Shown piece by piece: positions 19,005 to 28,507 of a stretch of DNA of 64,000 nt. The notes beneath the pieces were generated by a model. The model had not been told where the DNA came from. It did not search any database and saw nothing but the letters and a program-made list of their open reading frames with translations. The stretch covers positions 3,200,001 through 3,264,000 of the forward strand of contig OZ244905.1 of the NCBI GenBank assembly GCA_965221695.1. Direction: 5' to 3'. Made by a program: the position numbers and the translations under genes. Numbering within the stretch: the stretch's first letter is position 1; each line of letters begins with the position of its first letter. This DNA comes from Gammaproteobacteria bacterium (GTDB lineage: Bacteria > Pseudomonadota > Gammaproteobacteria > Eutrophobiales > Eutrophobiaceae).

Positions 19005-19069
19005 GGTGGTTGTCGCTTTGGTTTTCAGTTACCTGGGTCGGGAGCCTGTAGCTCGAGGTTTGCCGGCGA

Positions 19070-21832
19070 TCATTCCCTGATGTCCCGCACATCCGAGCCG
19101 ATGCGGGTGACATATACTTTGGTTCCGTCTATGCTGGAACCGCCGCCGTCCAGTGAATCCATATTCATCGGCACCAGCGCGTTCAACCCGGGACGTTTCA
19201 TTTCCTTGGCAAACGGCATCTTCCATTGGCCGAACTGGGCAATCATCACCACCACATCGGGGCGCACCCCCTGGCGCAGGCGCGCATAACCGCGGGTGGA
19301 GTTCACCGGCGAGGTGACTTCGATCAGGTCGCCGTCCTCGATACCCAGCTCTTGCGCCTTGCCGGCGTTCATGATAATTCCGTCATGGCCATACACGTTG
19401 TCCGCTACTTCCTTCATCAGTTGTATGCCCACATTGGCTCCCCAGGCGTACTGCATGCTGCGGCCGGTCAACAGCCAGAATGGATAGTCTTCGGCCTTGA
19501 CATTACAACTGCGCTCGATGATTTCATCCCATAAGCGGTTCAGGTCCTTGAATTCTGGTAAAGGCTCGTATTCTTCCAGTTGTTTATCCCACCAGTGTAC
19601 GCCGGTCTCGTGCAGACGATTGGCCAGTTGTTTCCCCATCCGGTAATAACGTTCCTGGTAAGGCAGTTCAAAGCGTAGCTCCAGATCTTCCAGCTTGTGG
19701 TACAGGTACCAGTTCAGACGGGAGTAAGGCCGAGTCTTGAAACCGTTTTTTCTGAACCAGTCCAGGTCCAGGATCTCTTTGCCACCGGTCAGGTCGTGGC
19801 TCGCCGCCTTGCTGACCGCGTTCCAGATATCGTCTTGTGTGTGTTCCTTATCCGGCGCCAGAGAGAAATCGTACTCGTCGGTCTGCAGCGGAATACCGCA
19901 GACGCCGGCGTTAATGGCGCCGTTATACGCCTCCAGCAAACCGGTGCGTTTGGCCAGTTCGTTGGCGATCCAACTGAAATCCTTGGCCTCGTGCATCGGC
20001 TCGATCACCGCCTGGCGCAAGGCCCAGCCTTCAGATTCCCAATGATTCTCAAAATAATGCCCGCCGCCAATTCGGTGCAACTGGTCGCTTTCCAGGTCGG
20101 TGGCTTCCGGCATGATGACATCCGCATAGTGATTGCTCTCATCCTGGGTGTAGGCAAACGCGGCGATGAACGGGAATTCAGCCATCACATCGCCCATCTT
20201 GTCGGTCTCTGAATGTGAGATGGCCGGGTTGCATTTGTAGATGAACCAGACATCCGGCGGGTTCGGTTTGGGCCAGCTCTCCGCGGCCCGTCCCTGTAAT
20301 CTCAGCCAGGCCAAGGTGGTAGAGCCGAACAATTGCGCTCCCAGCTTATCGCCGCCCATTGGCGTGAGGCTGTTGTGGGCATGACGGGTGAACGGGTTGG
20401 CATCCCAGCCTTGTTTGTCGGTGGGAGTGAAAGTATGTGTCATAAAACCGTCTTCGCCCGCTTCCACGGTCAACGACCGCTCCCAGTCGGTGTCGCCGGC
20501 CACGTGCGTGGTGCTGCCCAGCATGCCGCCGGGAACCTCCAGCGCGCCCACCAGAACCTGCATCATGGTATGCGCCCAGACGCATTCATACGCGCCCCAA
20601 CCGTTGTTGACGGATTTGCCCAGCACGGTAGCCACTGGACGATATGGCAGTTCGCGCCCGTCCACTACCTCGGTTTCGCCGATATGGGCGTGGGCCAGGA
20701 ATTCATTGGTAACGCGGCGAATGGTTTCAGCGGGAACTTCGGAGATCTCTGCCGCCCATTCCGGCGTTTTATCGGCCAGCATCTGCCTGGTTTTTTCCAG
20801 TCCGGTATCCGCCTGAACGCTGTCGTAATGCCAGGTTTCCTCGTCCGCGCCGATTTCGATTACGCCGGTCACGGTGAATGTTCCTACCAGGGCCGGGTCT
20901 GTATCGGCCTGGTCATAAGCAGCGGCCTGGTTTGTCTTGTTGTCCCACAACAAGGGTTTCTTTGTCTTTGGATCGCGCAGATAAAACCCGTTGGGACCGA
21001 CCAGGTAGGGCGAAGCCGTCCGATTTTTCAGGAATGGCATGTCCAGCCTATCTATAGGGGTCTCATGCAACATCACATGCAGCATCGCATATAACACCGC
21101 ATTGTCGGTCTTGGTCTTGATCGGTATCCATTCCGTGGCATTCGCGCCGGTTACCGACAGATGGGGCTCGAACTGTATGCGTTTCATGCCGCGCTTGCGC
21201 GCATCTGCGTGGCGGCGCACGCCGGTCACCCCGCCGGAGGCGTCGATGTTCATGCCGAATGAAATGATATATTCGCAACGGGGCGTATCCGGCAGGATGG
21301 TAAATGCCCGGTGCCAGAGTTCGCCGAACATATGTTCGGTGTGATAACACTTGACCGTGCCGCCGGCGCCGAGGCTCTGGTCGAATGGACCCCAGGCAAA
21401 CAACAGCGCGGGGAAACTGCCCATATACTTGAACGGCGTGGCCGCGCCGCCGGTAGTAAAAGCCAGACGCGGGTTGCCATTTTCATCCATTACGCCTTTG
21501 GCCCTGGTCGCGTTCATCTTCTCAGCGACAATATCCAGCGCCTCATCCCAACTGATCTCCACCCAGCCCGGGTCCTCATGCCGGCCCTTTTTCGGGTTGG
21601 TGCGTTTCATCGGCTTCCTGATACGATGCGGGTTGTACAGCTTCTGTACCAGCCCGAAGGGTTTCACGCAAACCTTGCCATCCGCAGGATGCTCACCTTT
21701 CAGGTCAAAATTCGGTTCTATTTTCGTGGCAACACCGTCAACGGTCTCCACGGTGAGCAGGTCGGGGCCGTTCACGCACTGGTAACAATACGTGGAAACC
21801 CGTTTCACATCGGGTTCAACTTTGGCGTGCAT
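19070..21832 (-). CDS. padB: Molybdopterin oxidoreductase, DMSO reductase family; phenylacetyl-CoA:acceptor oxidoreductase large subunit-like
   Basis: TYCYQCVNGPDLL...EPNF...GKVCVK..GL.QK.YNP.R, DPGWVEISWDEALD, YPFWLLT.RSMQYAWG.N; no Tat signal. Confidence 0.78.
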   Translation of the reverse strand: MHAKVEPDVKRVSTYCYQCVNGPDLLTVETVDGVATKIEPNFDLKGEHPADGKVCVKPFGLVQKLYNPHRIRKPMKRTNPKKGRHEDPGWVEISWDEALDIVAEKMNATRAKGVMDENGNPRLAFTTGGAATPFKYMGSFPALLFAWGPFDQSLGAGGTVKCYHTEHMFGELWHRAFTILPDTPRCEYIISFGMNIDASGGVTGVRRHADARKRGMKRIQFEPHLSVTGANATEWIPIKTKTDNAVLYAMLHVMLHETPIDRLDMPFLKNRTASPYLVGPNGFYLRDPKTKKPLLWDNKTNQAAAYDQADTDPALVGTFTVTGVIEIGADEETWHYDSVQADTGLEKTRQMLADKTPEWAAEISEVPAETIRRVTNEFLAHAHIGETEVVDGRELPYRPVATVLGKSVNNGWGAYECVWAHTMMQVLVGALEVPGGMLGSTTHVAGDTDWERSLTVEAGEDGFMTHTFTPTDKQGWDANPFTRHAHNSLTPMGGDKLGAQLFGSTTLAWLRLQGRAAESWPKPNPPDVWFIYKCNPAISHSETDKMGDVMAEFPFIAAFAYTQDESNHYADVIMPEATDLESDQLHRIGGGHYFENHWESEGWALRQAVIEPMHEAKDFSWIANELAKRTGLLEAYNGAINAGVCGIPLQTDEYDFSLAPDKEHTQDDIWNAVSKAASHDLTGGKEILDLDWFRKNGFKTRPYSRLNWYLYHKLEDLELRFELPYQERYYRMGKQLANRLHETGVHWWDKQLEEYEPLPEFKDLNRLWDEIIERSCNVKAEDYPFWLLTGRSMQYAWGANVGIQLMKEVADNVYGHDGIIMNAGKAQELGIEDGDLIEVTSPVNSTRGYARLRQGVRPDVVVMIAQFGQWKMPFAKEMKRPGLNALVPMNMDSLDGGGSSIDGTKVYVTRIGSDVRDIRE

Positions 21833-21882
21833 GCTTCATTCCCCCTTCTGTATTCACATGGATGTACAGGATAAACAGGATG

Positions 21883-21915
21883 TTAAGGAACCTCTGATTA
21901 AGTCTCATAGTTTCC
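21883..21915 (-). repeat. Terminal-hairpin remnant of the five-hairpin element in the padB leader
   Basis: TTAA-GGAACCTCTGA-TTAAG-TCTCATAGTTTCC. Confidence 0.75.
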
Positions 21916-22049
21916 TGAAACACAAAATTCTGATATTTATTGCGAATTATTGAATCCTGTTGAATAAGATTATAGACCATCGACAGTTACACATCGACCT
22001 ACCCGAAATTATACAGACAAATTATCCTGTATATCCATGTATATACCAT

Positions 22050-22457
22050 TCAGGCATCGACCACCGCGGTGGCGGTAATCTCGATCAGGAACTCCGGTAG
22101 GGCCAGAGCCTGGATGCCCAGCAAGGTGTTCGCCGGCAGACGCTCCGGGTCAAAATAACGGCTCATGGCTGCGCTGATGGCAGGTATTTTGTCGCTATTG
22201 TAGTCCACCACATAGATATCCAGGCGCACGACATCGCGCATGCTGGCGCCTGCCGCGGCCAGGGCTGATTGTATGTTTTCCAGGGCCTGGACGGTCTGTT
22301 GCTCCAGGTCGTTGCCGCCGACAATGTTCATGTCCTTGTCCCAGGCAGTCTGCCCTGCGCAGTGGATGATCTTTGTGCCGGTGGAGACGACGACCTGGGA
22401 AAAACCGTATTGCCCGGAAGGCCACAGGTTTTCAGGTTGGATATGCTGATTTGCCAT
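22050..22457 (-). CDS. RidA/YjgF family protein
   Basis: GFSQVV, IHCAGQTA, QT.QALEN, PANTLLGI.ALA.PEFLIEI; the catalytic Arg position appears to be Asn. Confidence 0.85.
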   Translation of the reverse strand: MANQHIQPENLWPSGQYGFSQVVVSTGTKIIHCAGQTAWDKDMNIVGGNDLEQQTVQALENIQSALAAAGASMRDVVRLDIYVVDYNSDKIPAISAAMSRYFDPERLPANTLLGIQALALPEFLIEITATAVVDA

Positions 22458-22629
22458 GGTTCACCTGTTCAGTTGTGAGAGCGCTACATTGTTGTAAAAA
22501 AAGTTGCTGTCAGATAATGCTTGTAGTATATTTCCATTGTGTACATAGCAATTTCGCATTGTATAACGCATAAGATTTAAATCACAACGGCAAGTATAGA
22601 ATTTCTGATCAATTTAGAAGGGGAACATC

Positions 22630-25122
22630 ATGATTCGTATTGCAGTTACTTGTTCAGCCAGAGCGCTGAAACTTTCCTTGGTTGCATTTCTGCTCAGTCC
22701 TGTTGTGCCGGCGCTGGCGCAGAGCAGCATGCTGGAAGAAGTGATCGTTACCGCACAGAAGCGCGAAGAGTCAATCCAGGATATCGGTATCGCCATTACC
22801 GCGTTTTCCGGCGAACAACTGGATGCGCTGGGGCTGACTGATAGCACCGCCATTGCTGAGTTTACGCCAGGCATGCACATATCCGGCAATAATGCCGGTT
22901 ATACCCAGCAGGTTACCATCCGCGGCGCCACCCAGAACGATTTCAATGATCTCGCTGAGGCCCCTAATGCGGTGTATGTCGACGAAGCCTACCAGGCAGC
23001 CGGCCAGGCGCAGCTATTCTCCCAGTTCGACATGCAGCGCGTGGAAATACTGAAAGGCCCGCAGGGCACCTTGTTCGGTCGCAACGCTACCGGCGGCCTG
23101 GTGCATTACGTCACCAATAAACCGACAGATGAGTTTGAAGGTTATGGCGATATTCAATACGGCCGTTATGACACCATGCGTTTTGAAGGCGCGGTCAGCG
23201 GCCCGTTGGCGGAAGGCGTCAAGGCTCGTGTCTCCGGCTTCTATCGCAGCCATGATCCGATCATGAAGAACATCTTCCAGCCCAATGAAGTTGCCCAGGG
23301 CGGCTATACTCCATGGGTCGGTAATACCGACCTGAACGGTTCCATGGATGGCCAGGATGACCTTTGGTCTGAGGATTCCTATTCTATCCGAGGCCAGTTG
23401 CTGCTGGAGCCCAGCGATACCGTTGAAATTGAGCTTAAAGGCCAGTACGCCAAGCGGCAGACTTCATCCGGTCCTTACCAGAATGTCGCAACCATCAGTG
23501 TGGTGGATGATCAGGCCCGTGTGGTCAACACGCTGTTTTCCAATGCGCGGACCAATCCGAATTCCTGTGAGCAATTGATCGGATCACCGGACGGCACAGC
23601 GACAACCATGTGTGTTCCGGGTGGTTCGGCGCTGGATCTGGATTTTGATGACTTGAGACCGGCGCCGGATACCGACTTTTTTGGCTACAAGGATCCGGAT
23701 GGAACTGAAGGGCTAACCACTTCCACCGACCATGCCTTGGACGACCATGATACCTATGAGACCTGGAGTGTAACCGGCAAGTTCAGTATTGACTTTGACT
23801 TCGCCACCCTGGTGGCGGTACTCAATTATTCGGACCAATACAAGATAACTTCTCTGGATGTAGACGCCGGTCCTGGCCCGCAGTTCGATGTGACTGCGGA
23901 TTCAATCATTGACTGGTACACCCAGGAAATACGGCTGGAAGGCGAAGCGGATAAATATCGCTGGATTGTCGGCACCTATTACCTGACCATCGACGGCGAA
24001 TTCTCCCAAAATCTGTCCGATACCATTGGCGGAATCAATACATTTGCCAGCCTTTTCGGCGGTTTTGAAGGGAATGTTGAGGCTTTCGGCCAGTTCTGGG
24101 ACACCTCGTTCGATGCGTTCCTCGAGACCAAGTCGTTCTCTCTGTTTGGTCAGGTTGATTATGACCTCACCGAGCAGTTGATGTTCTCTCTGGGCGCGCG
24201 CGGCATTTGGGAGAAGAAGGATTACGAGTTCAACAGTAACTTCTTCATCAATACCCGGGACGCGACTGTCCAAGGCCTGAGAAGCGGCGATACGCCGCTG
24301 GGAGCGACACCGTTCCCCTATCACGAAGAAGAGACAGATGATTTTCTCTGGTCCGGCAGGGTCGGGCTGCAATACGCCCATAACGACGACCTGATGGTGT
24401 ATGGCACATTCAACCGCGGCGTCAAAGCGGGCAACTGTAATTCACCTTTGCTGACGTTCCTGACCCCGGAACAGTATTGCTACGATGAAGAAATATTGCT
24501 GGCTTATGAAGCAGGTTTCAAATCCACTCTGTTTAACGGCAAGGCCCGGGTAAACGGCGCCATTTACTATTATGACTATTCCGATTACCAGGTCTTTCAG
24601 TTCATTGGCACCTCCGGCGCGGTATTCAACGTGGACGCGGAATACTACGGCGGCGAGGTGGAAATATTCGCCAACCCCATCGACAATCTGGACCTGATAT
24701 TCGGCATTGCCTACATTGACCCGACAGTAAAAGACGTAAATGTTGCTCCGGATTTGCCGCGTGACGTCGAGCCATCATTCACTCCGGAGGTACAGTTCAG
24801 CGCCTTGGGCCGCTACACCTGGCCTTTGACCGGGGTAGGGGGCAACCTGGCCTTGCAGGTGGATGGCAATTATGCTTCGTCTGCCTTCCACAATATCAAC
24901 AATTTTGATACGCACTATATGAAAAGCTACTGGCGCGGCAACGCCAGTCTGTCCTGGTACAGCGCTGACGAACGTTGGGAGGTGACCGGGTTTGTCGATA
25001 ATTTTTCCGATACCCGCAACCAGAACATCGGTTTTGAACTGGCCGCCATCTGTGGTTGTGATGAGCAATCCTTCGGCTGGCCGCGCACTTACGGCGTAAA
25101 GCTGAGATATAATTATTTCTGA
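22630..25122 (+). CDS. TonB-dependent receptor
   Basis: Signal peptide, LEEVIVTAQKREE, VEILKGPQGTLFGRNATGG, C-terminal PRTYGVKLRYNYF. Confidence 0.93.
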   Translation: MIRIAVTCSARALKLSLVAFLLSPVVPALAQSSMLEEVIVTAQKREESIQDIGIAITAFSGEQLDALGLTDSTAIAEFTPGMHISGNNAGYTQQVTIRGATQNDFNDLAEAPNAVYVDEAYQAAGQAQLFSQFDMQRVEILKGPQGTLFGRNATGGLVHYVTNKPTDEFEGYGDIQYGRYDTMRFEGAVSGPLAEGVKARVSGFYRSHDPIMKNIFQPNEVAQGGYTPWVGNTDLNGSMDGQDDLWSEDSYSIRGQLLLEPSDTVEIELKGQYAKRQTSSGPYQNVATISVVDDQARVVNTLFSNARTNPNSCEQLIGSPDGTATTMCVPGGSALDLDFDDLRPAPDTDFFGYKDPDGTEGLTTSTDHALDDHDTYETWSVTGKFSIDFDFATLVAVLNYSDQYKITSLDVDAGPGPQFDVTADSIIDWYTQEIRLEGEADKYRWIVGTYYLTIDGEFSQNLSDTIGGINTFASLFGGFEGNVEAFGQFWDTSFDAFLETKSFSLFGQVDYDLTEQLMFSLGARGIWEKKDYEFNSNFFINTRDATVQGLRSGDTPLGATPFPYHEEETDDFLWSGRVGLQYAHNDDLMVYGTFNRGVKAGNCNSPLLTFLTPEQYCYDEEILLAYEAGFKSTLFNGKARVNGAIYYYDYSDYQVFQFIGTSGAVFNVDAEYYGGEVEIFANPIDNLDLIFGIAYIDPTVKDVNVAPDLPRDVEPSFTPEVQFSALGRYTWPLTGVGGNLALQVDGNYASSAFHNINNFDTHYMKSYWRGNASLSWYSADERWEVTGFVDNFSDTRNQNIGFELAAICGCDEQSFGWPRTYGVKLRYNYF

Positions 25123-25148
25123 GCGAGTCTCGCTACCAGAGATATTGT

Positions 25149-25177
25149 AAAAACCGGGGCAAAGCCCCGGTTTTTTT
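25149..25177. terminator. Rho-independent, probably bidirectional terminator
   Basis: AAAAA-CCGGGGC-AAA-GCCCCGG-TTTTTTT between convergent genes. Confidence 0.85.
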
Positions 25178-25211
25178 GTATTTATTCCTAAGTCATCAAT
25201 AAGAGACAACG

Positions 25212-25300
25212 ATGAATCACAGATCGGTATACAGTAATGACGTCCTGATTTTGGACGAAGAAGAAAAAGCGTTGATAACGGAAAGATTGTTCTCAAGTAG
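25212..25300 (+). pseudogene. Possible remnant of an addiction-module (TIGR02574-like) antitoxin
   Basis: MNHRSVYSNDVLILDEEEKALITERLFSS resembles the L..EERA.LAE.L..S pattern; the frame then runs into the metZ 3' end. Confidence 0.3.
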
Positions 25301-25309
25301 CGGAACAGT

Positions 25310-26506
25310 TCATGCCAATGCTTTTGTTAATGCCTCTTGCAAGTCGTTCTTCAGGTCTGCTGTGTCCTCATGACCTATCGATAAGCGGATCAAGCCCGGT
25401 TCGATGCCCGACTCGCTTTTCTCCTTGTCCGTTAACCGGTTGTGAGTCGTGGTCGCGGGATGAGTGATCGTGCTTTTGCTGTCGCCCAGGTTGGCGGTAA
25501 TGGAGAACAGTTCGGTGTTGTCGATGAGCCGCCAGGCCATTTCTTTTCCTCCCTCGACGACAAAGCTGACGATTCCGCCGAAGCCCTGTTGCTGGCGCTG
25601 CGCCAGTTCGTGCTGCGGGTGATCAGCCAGGCCCGGATAGTAGACCTTTTGGATTCCCGGGCGACCCGTTAACCACTCGGCAACCTGCGCAGCGTTGCGG
25701 CTGTGGGCCTGCATGCGTAGTCCCAAGGTTTCCAGTCCTTTCAGGAACACCCAGGCATTGAACGGACTCATGCTCGGACCGCCGTACTTGAGGATATGGT
25801 ACACATCCTCTCCCAGCAGATCTTCGTTACCCAGCACTGCGCCGCCGACGCAGCGTCCCTGACCGTCCAGGTACTTGGTGGCGGAATGAATGACGATATC
25901 AGCGCCAAGCTCGAACGGCCGCTGCAATGCCGGTGTGCAGAAGCAGTTGTCCACCACCAGCAGGCAGCCGTGGCGCCGGGCGATGCCGGCCAGGCGCTGA
26001 ATATCCGCTATTTCAGTCAAGGGATTGGAGGGTGTCTCGAGATACAACAAGCGCGTGCTGGCGGTAATCGCCTGCTCCCAGGCGGCGTAATCGCTGAGAG
26101 ACACATAGCTGGTTGCGATACCGAACTTGCTCAATACCTTGTTGAACAGGTTCACCGTAGTGCCGAACACACTCAGTGAGGATACGATATGGTCGCCGGC
26201 CTTCAGCAAGCCCAGGCTGGTAGTCAGTATGGCGCCCATGCCGGATGACGTCGCAATGCACCGTTCCGCGCCCTCCAGGGCCGCCAGCCGTTCTTCGAAG
26301 ATGCGCACCGTGGAATTGGTGAACCTGGAGTAGATATTGCCCGGTTCTTCCTCGGCGAACCTGGCCGCGGCCTGGGCTGCGTCCTTAAAGACGTAGCTGG
26401 ATGTCAGGAACAACGGTTCGCTGTGTTCGCCTTCTGCGGTTGGTTGCCGTCCTGCGCGCACCGCCAGGGTGTTTACACCATATCGATGAGGATCGATTTT
26501 AGCCAT
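25310..26506 (-). CDS. metZ: O-succinylhomoserine sulfhydrylase
   Basis: EHSEPLFLTSSYVF, GNIYSRFTN, ETPSNPL, VDNCFCTP, HSATKYLDGQGR, SITANLGD.K.TITHPATTTH; AAGGAG RBS before the ATG at 26506. Confidence 0.92.
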   Translation of the reverse strand: MAKIDPHRYGVNTLAVRAGRQPTAEGEHSEPLFLTSSYVFKDAAQAAARFAEEEPGNIYSRFTNSTVRIFEERLAALEGAERCIATSSGMGAILTTSLGLLKAGDHIVSSLSVFGTTVNLFNKVLSKFGIATSYVSLSDYAAWEQAITASTRLLYLETPSNPLTEIADIQRLAGIARRHGCLLVVDNCFCTPALQRPFELGADIVIHSATKYLDGQGRCVGGAVLGNEDLLGEDVYHILKYGGPSMSPFNAWVFLKGLETLGLRMQAHSRNAAQVAEWLTGRPGIQKVYYPGLADHPQHELAQRQQQGFGGIVSFVVEGGKEMAWRLIDNTELFSITANLGDSKSTITHPATTTHNRLTDKEKSESGIEPGLIRLSIGHEDTADLKNDLQEALTKALA

Positions 26507-26644
26507 GTTATCTCCTTGACCCCTATCTGTTTCCGGCACAAACCACCGGAACAGAACGGGCCAGACAGTTCAATCAGCAATGCCTGAAAAGAGTCCACCT
26601 GTAGAGAGTACATGGCTGAGTACGGGATTCACTGCCGGGGGCAC

Positions 26645-26682
26645 AAAAAAACCCGCATTCAGCTTGATTGCTAAAGCAGGTT
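26645..26682 (-). terminator. Intrinsic terminator forming the riboswitch expression platform
   Basis: Minus strand AACCTGC-TTTAGC-aatcaa-GCTGAAT-GCGGGTT followed by a U run. Confidence 0.7.
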
Positions 26683-26686
26683 GGTT

Positions 26687-26740
26687 CTCTTTAGCCGTAT
26701 TTATAATGCGCCCGCAAGCTGAATCTCAAATCGGCGCACA
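26687..26740 (-). ncRNA. SAM-II riboswitch upstream of metZ
   Basis: Minus strand TGTGCGCCGATTT...TTGCGGGCGCATTATAAATACGGCTAAAGAG matches the SAM-II pattern GCGC-GAUUU...UUGC-GCGC...AUAAAU-GCUAAA. Confidence 0.85.
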
Positions 26741-26747
26741 ACTCGTA

Positions 26748-26906
26748 TTAAGGAAACTCTGATTAAGTCAGAGTTTCCTGCGATACAGGGAAGTATCGCC
26801 ACAATCAATGACGATAAGTCATTGATTGTGTGAGCACGACAAAAATCGCATTTTTGTTGTGCGTGCTCTGACAAGTCCGGGATGGACTTGTTCAGAGCTT
26901 CCTTAA
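26748..26906 (-). mobile_element. Five-hairpin MITE-like element, copy A (151 bp, 26752-26902), flanked by TTAA direct repeats
   Basis: Imperfect terminal inverted repeats GGAAACTCTGATTAAGTC / GGAAGCTCTGAACAAGTC, five internal stem-loops and homology to 54459-54613. Confidence 0.85.
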
Positions 26907-26934
26907 CTATAATTCAATTACTGGTTAGTGTCAA
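26906..26934 (-). promoter_or_regulatory. Sigma70 promoter for the riboswitch-metZ transcript
   Basis: TTGACA (26934-26929), 17 bp spacer, TATAGT (26911-26906). Confidence 0.75.
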
Positions 26935-27110
26935 ATTTTCTGTGTAAACCGGAAGTCTGGGCAAAAGGAGTCATCTTTCGGGAAATACAATATGAAGTGT
27001 CCCTTCGGGACCGGTATCTGACTGGACTCCCATTTTCATGGGAGTGGTACGGGGGAATGTCCTGACCTGTACCAATAATATTATGCTTGTGTTGCCATGA
27101 TTATGCGGGT

Positions 27111-27279
27111 TTAACCGGAAGCATCTCGATTGGTAATGAGATAATCGCGATATTGCTCCCGCAAGTGCAATTTGCTGACTTTTCCAGTTGCCGTATGGGG
27201 CAGTTGTGCAACGAAAACAACGGCGTCAGGCTTCCACCAGCTTGCCGTCGAACCAGGCCCGCAGCTCCTCAGCGATCAT
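27111..27279 (-). pseudogene. C-terminal remnant of an AlkK/DmdB-like acyl-CoA ligase, frameshifted
   Basis: AEELRAWFDGKL, then in another frame WKPDAVVFVAQLPHTATGKVSKLHLREQYRDY...*. Confidence 0.75.
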
Positions 27280-27310
27280 CACATCAATCGGTGAGATATT
27301 CGGGCTAACC
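27267..27310 (-). repeat. Second dispersed repeat family, terminal fragment
   Basis: 44-nt match with 6 mismatches to 47126-47169; minus strand TTAG-CCCGAATATCTCACCGATTGATGTGATGATCGCTGAGG. Confidence 0.7.
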
Positions 27311-27355
27311 CGTGTGGAAGCTTTCGAAGGTAAAATAATCCTGTTCATAGGCATT

Positions 27356-28507
27356 TTACAAGTCCGTCAACAGGCGCTTGGCTGATACTGCTCGTATTTT
27401 CTCGTTCAGTGGGTATGATTCCTCGCCTGCATGTATCACGATCAACTCCGTGAGTTCGAGGTCTTTTACAGCATGGCGCATTGAAGCAGTGACTGCCGGC
27501 GCCGAGGATAGCTTAATCTCGATGCCCAGTCTCTCCTTTGCTGATGGAATGAACAGGTCGAGCTCAGCGCCAGTGTGGGTTCGCCAATAATAAAATTCCC
27601 GGCCGACTCCACTCAGATGTTCCATAACCAACTCCAACAACAGCCCCTCCCAGGTACTGCCTCTTGCAGGATGTGTATCCAGGGTATCGGTATCACTGAT
27701 ACCGAGCAGGGAATGTACTAATCCTGAATCCCTGATATAAATTTTTGGCGCCTTGACCTGGCGCTTTTTCAGGTTTGCAAACCACGGGACCAGTTGCTTG
27801 ACGACCAGCGCGTCAGTAAGAATGTCAAGGTAACGGCGTACCGTCGTATCGGCGACGCCGAAAGAACGCGCAAATTCTGATGAATTCCAGACCTGGCCAT
27901 GTCGGTGAGCCAGCATCGCCCAGAAACGTCGCAGGGTTGTTCCCGATGTTTGCACACCCAGTTGGGCCAGGTCGCGTTCAATGAAAGTCCGGGTAAAGCT
28001 CTCCAACCATTCAAAGCAGTCACGGTTCGACCTGGACAGGTAGGCGCTCGGAAAACCGCCTCGGAGCCAGCGTCGATCAAGCCGGTTATTTCCCACTTCA
28101 TTCAGTCCCAGACCGCCCAGCTCGTAGTAGTTGATGCGACCGGCAAGGGACTCGGAGGACTGTCTCAACAGGTTCGGCGAGGCGCTGCCCAGAACCAGGA
28201 AACGCGCCGGTCTGGGCCTGCGGTCTGATAGCGCTCTAAGTAATGGAAACAGGTCGGGCTGGCGCTGTATTTCATCGATGATCACCAACCCCTTCAGGTT
28301 TTGCAGCGCGAGTTTTGGATCTCCTCCAAACCGGGAGAGAACTGCGGGGTCTTCCAGGTCAAAGTGGTGTGATTGTCGATTGTAGCGTTCGGCCACCTGC
28401 TTTGCCAGGGTAGTCTTACCGACCTGCCGCGGCCCCAGGATAGCGACGACCTCGAAGTTACGAAGACGCCTGATAATTTCATTGCTATGCCTGGACCGAA
28501 CAATCAT
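27356..28507 (-). CDS. AAA+ ATPase (AAA_14 + DUF4143 type)
   Basis: GPRQVGKTT, IIDEIQ, LGSAS, ESLAGR, GGFP, KAPKIYIRDSG, YYWRT..GAELD. Confidence 0.88.
   Translation of the reverse strand: MIVRSRHSNEIIRRLRNFEVVAILGPRQVGKTTLAKQVAERYNRQSHHFDLEDPAVLSRFGGDPKLALQNLKGLVIIDEIQRQPDLFPLLRALSDRRPRPARFLVLGSASPNLLRQSSESLAGRINYYELGGLGLNEVGNNRLDRRWLRGGFPSAYLSRSNRDCFEWLESFTRTFIERDLAQLGVQTSGTTLRRFWAMLAHRHGQVWNSSEFARSFGVADTTVRRYLDILTDALVVKQLVPWFANLKKRQVKAPKIYIRDSGLVHSLLGISDTDTLDTHPARGSTWEGLLLELVMEHLSGVGREFYYWRTHTGAELDLFIPSAKERLGIEIKLSSAPAVTASMRHAVKDLELTELIVIHAGEESYPLNEKIRAVSAKRLLTDL

Noticed and set aside
26996-27060. Hairpins GTCCC-TTC-GGGAC and ACTCCCAT-TTTC-ATGGGAGT
   Set aside because: Probably a degenerate REP-like palindrome; single copy in the window, so it cannot be supported as a feature.
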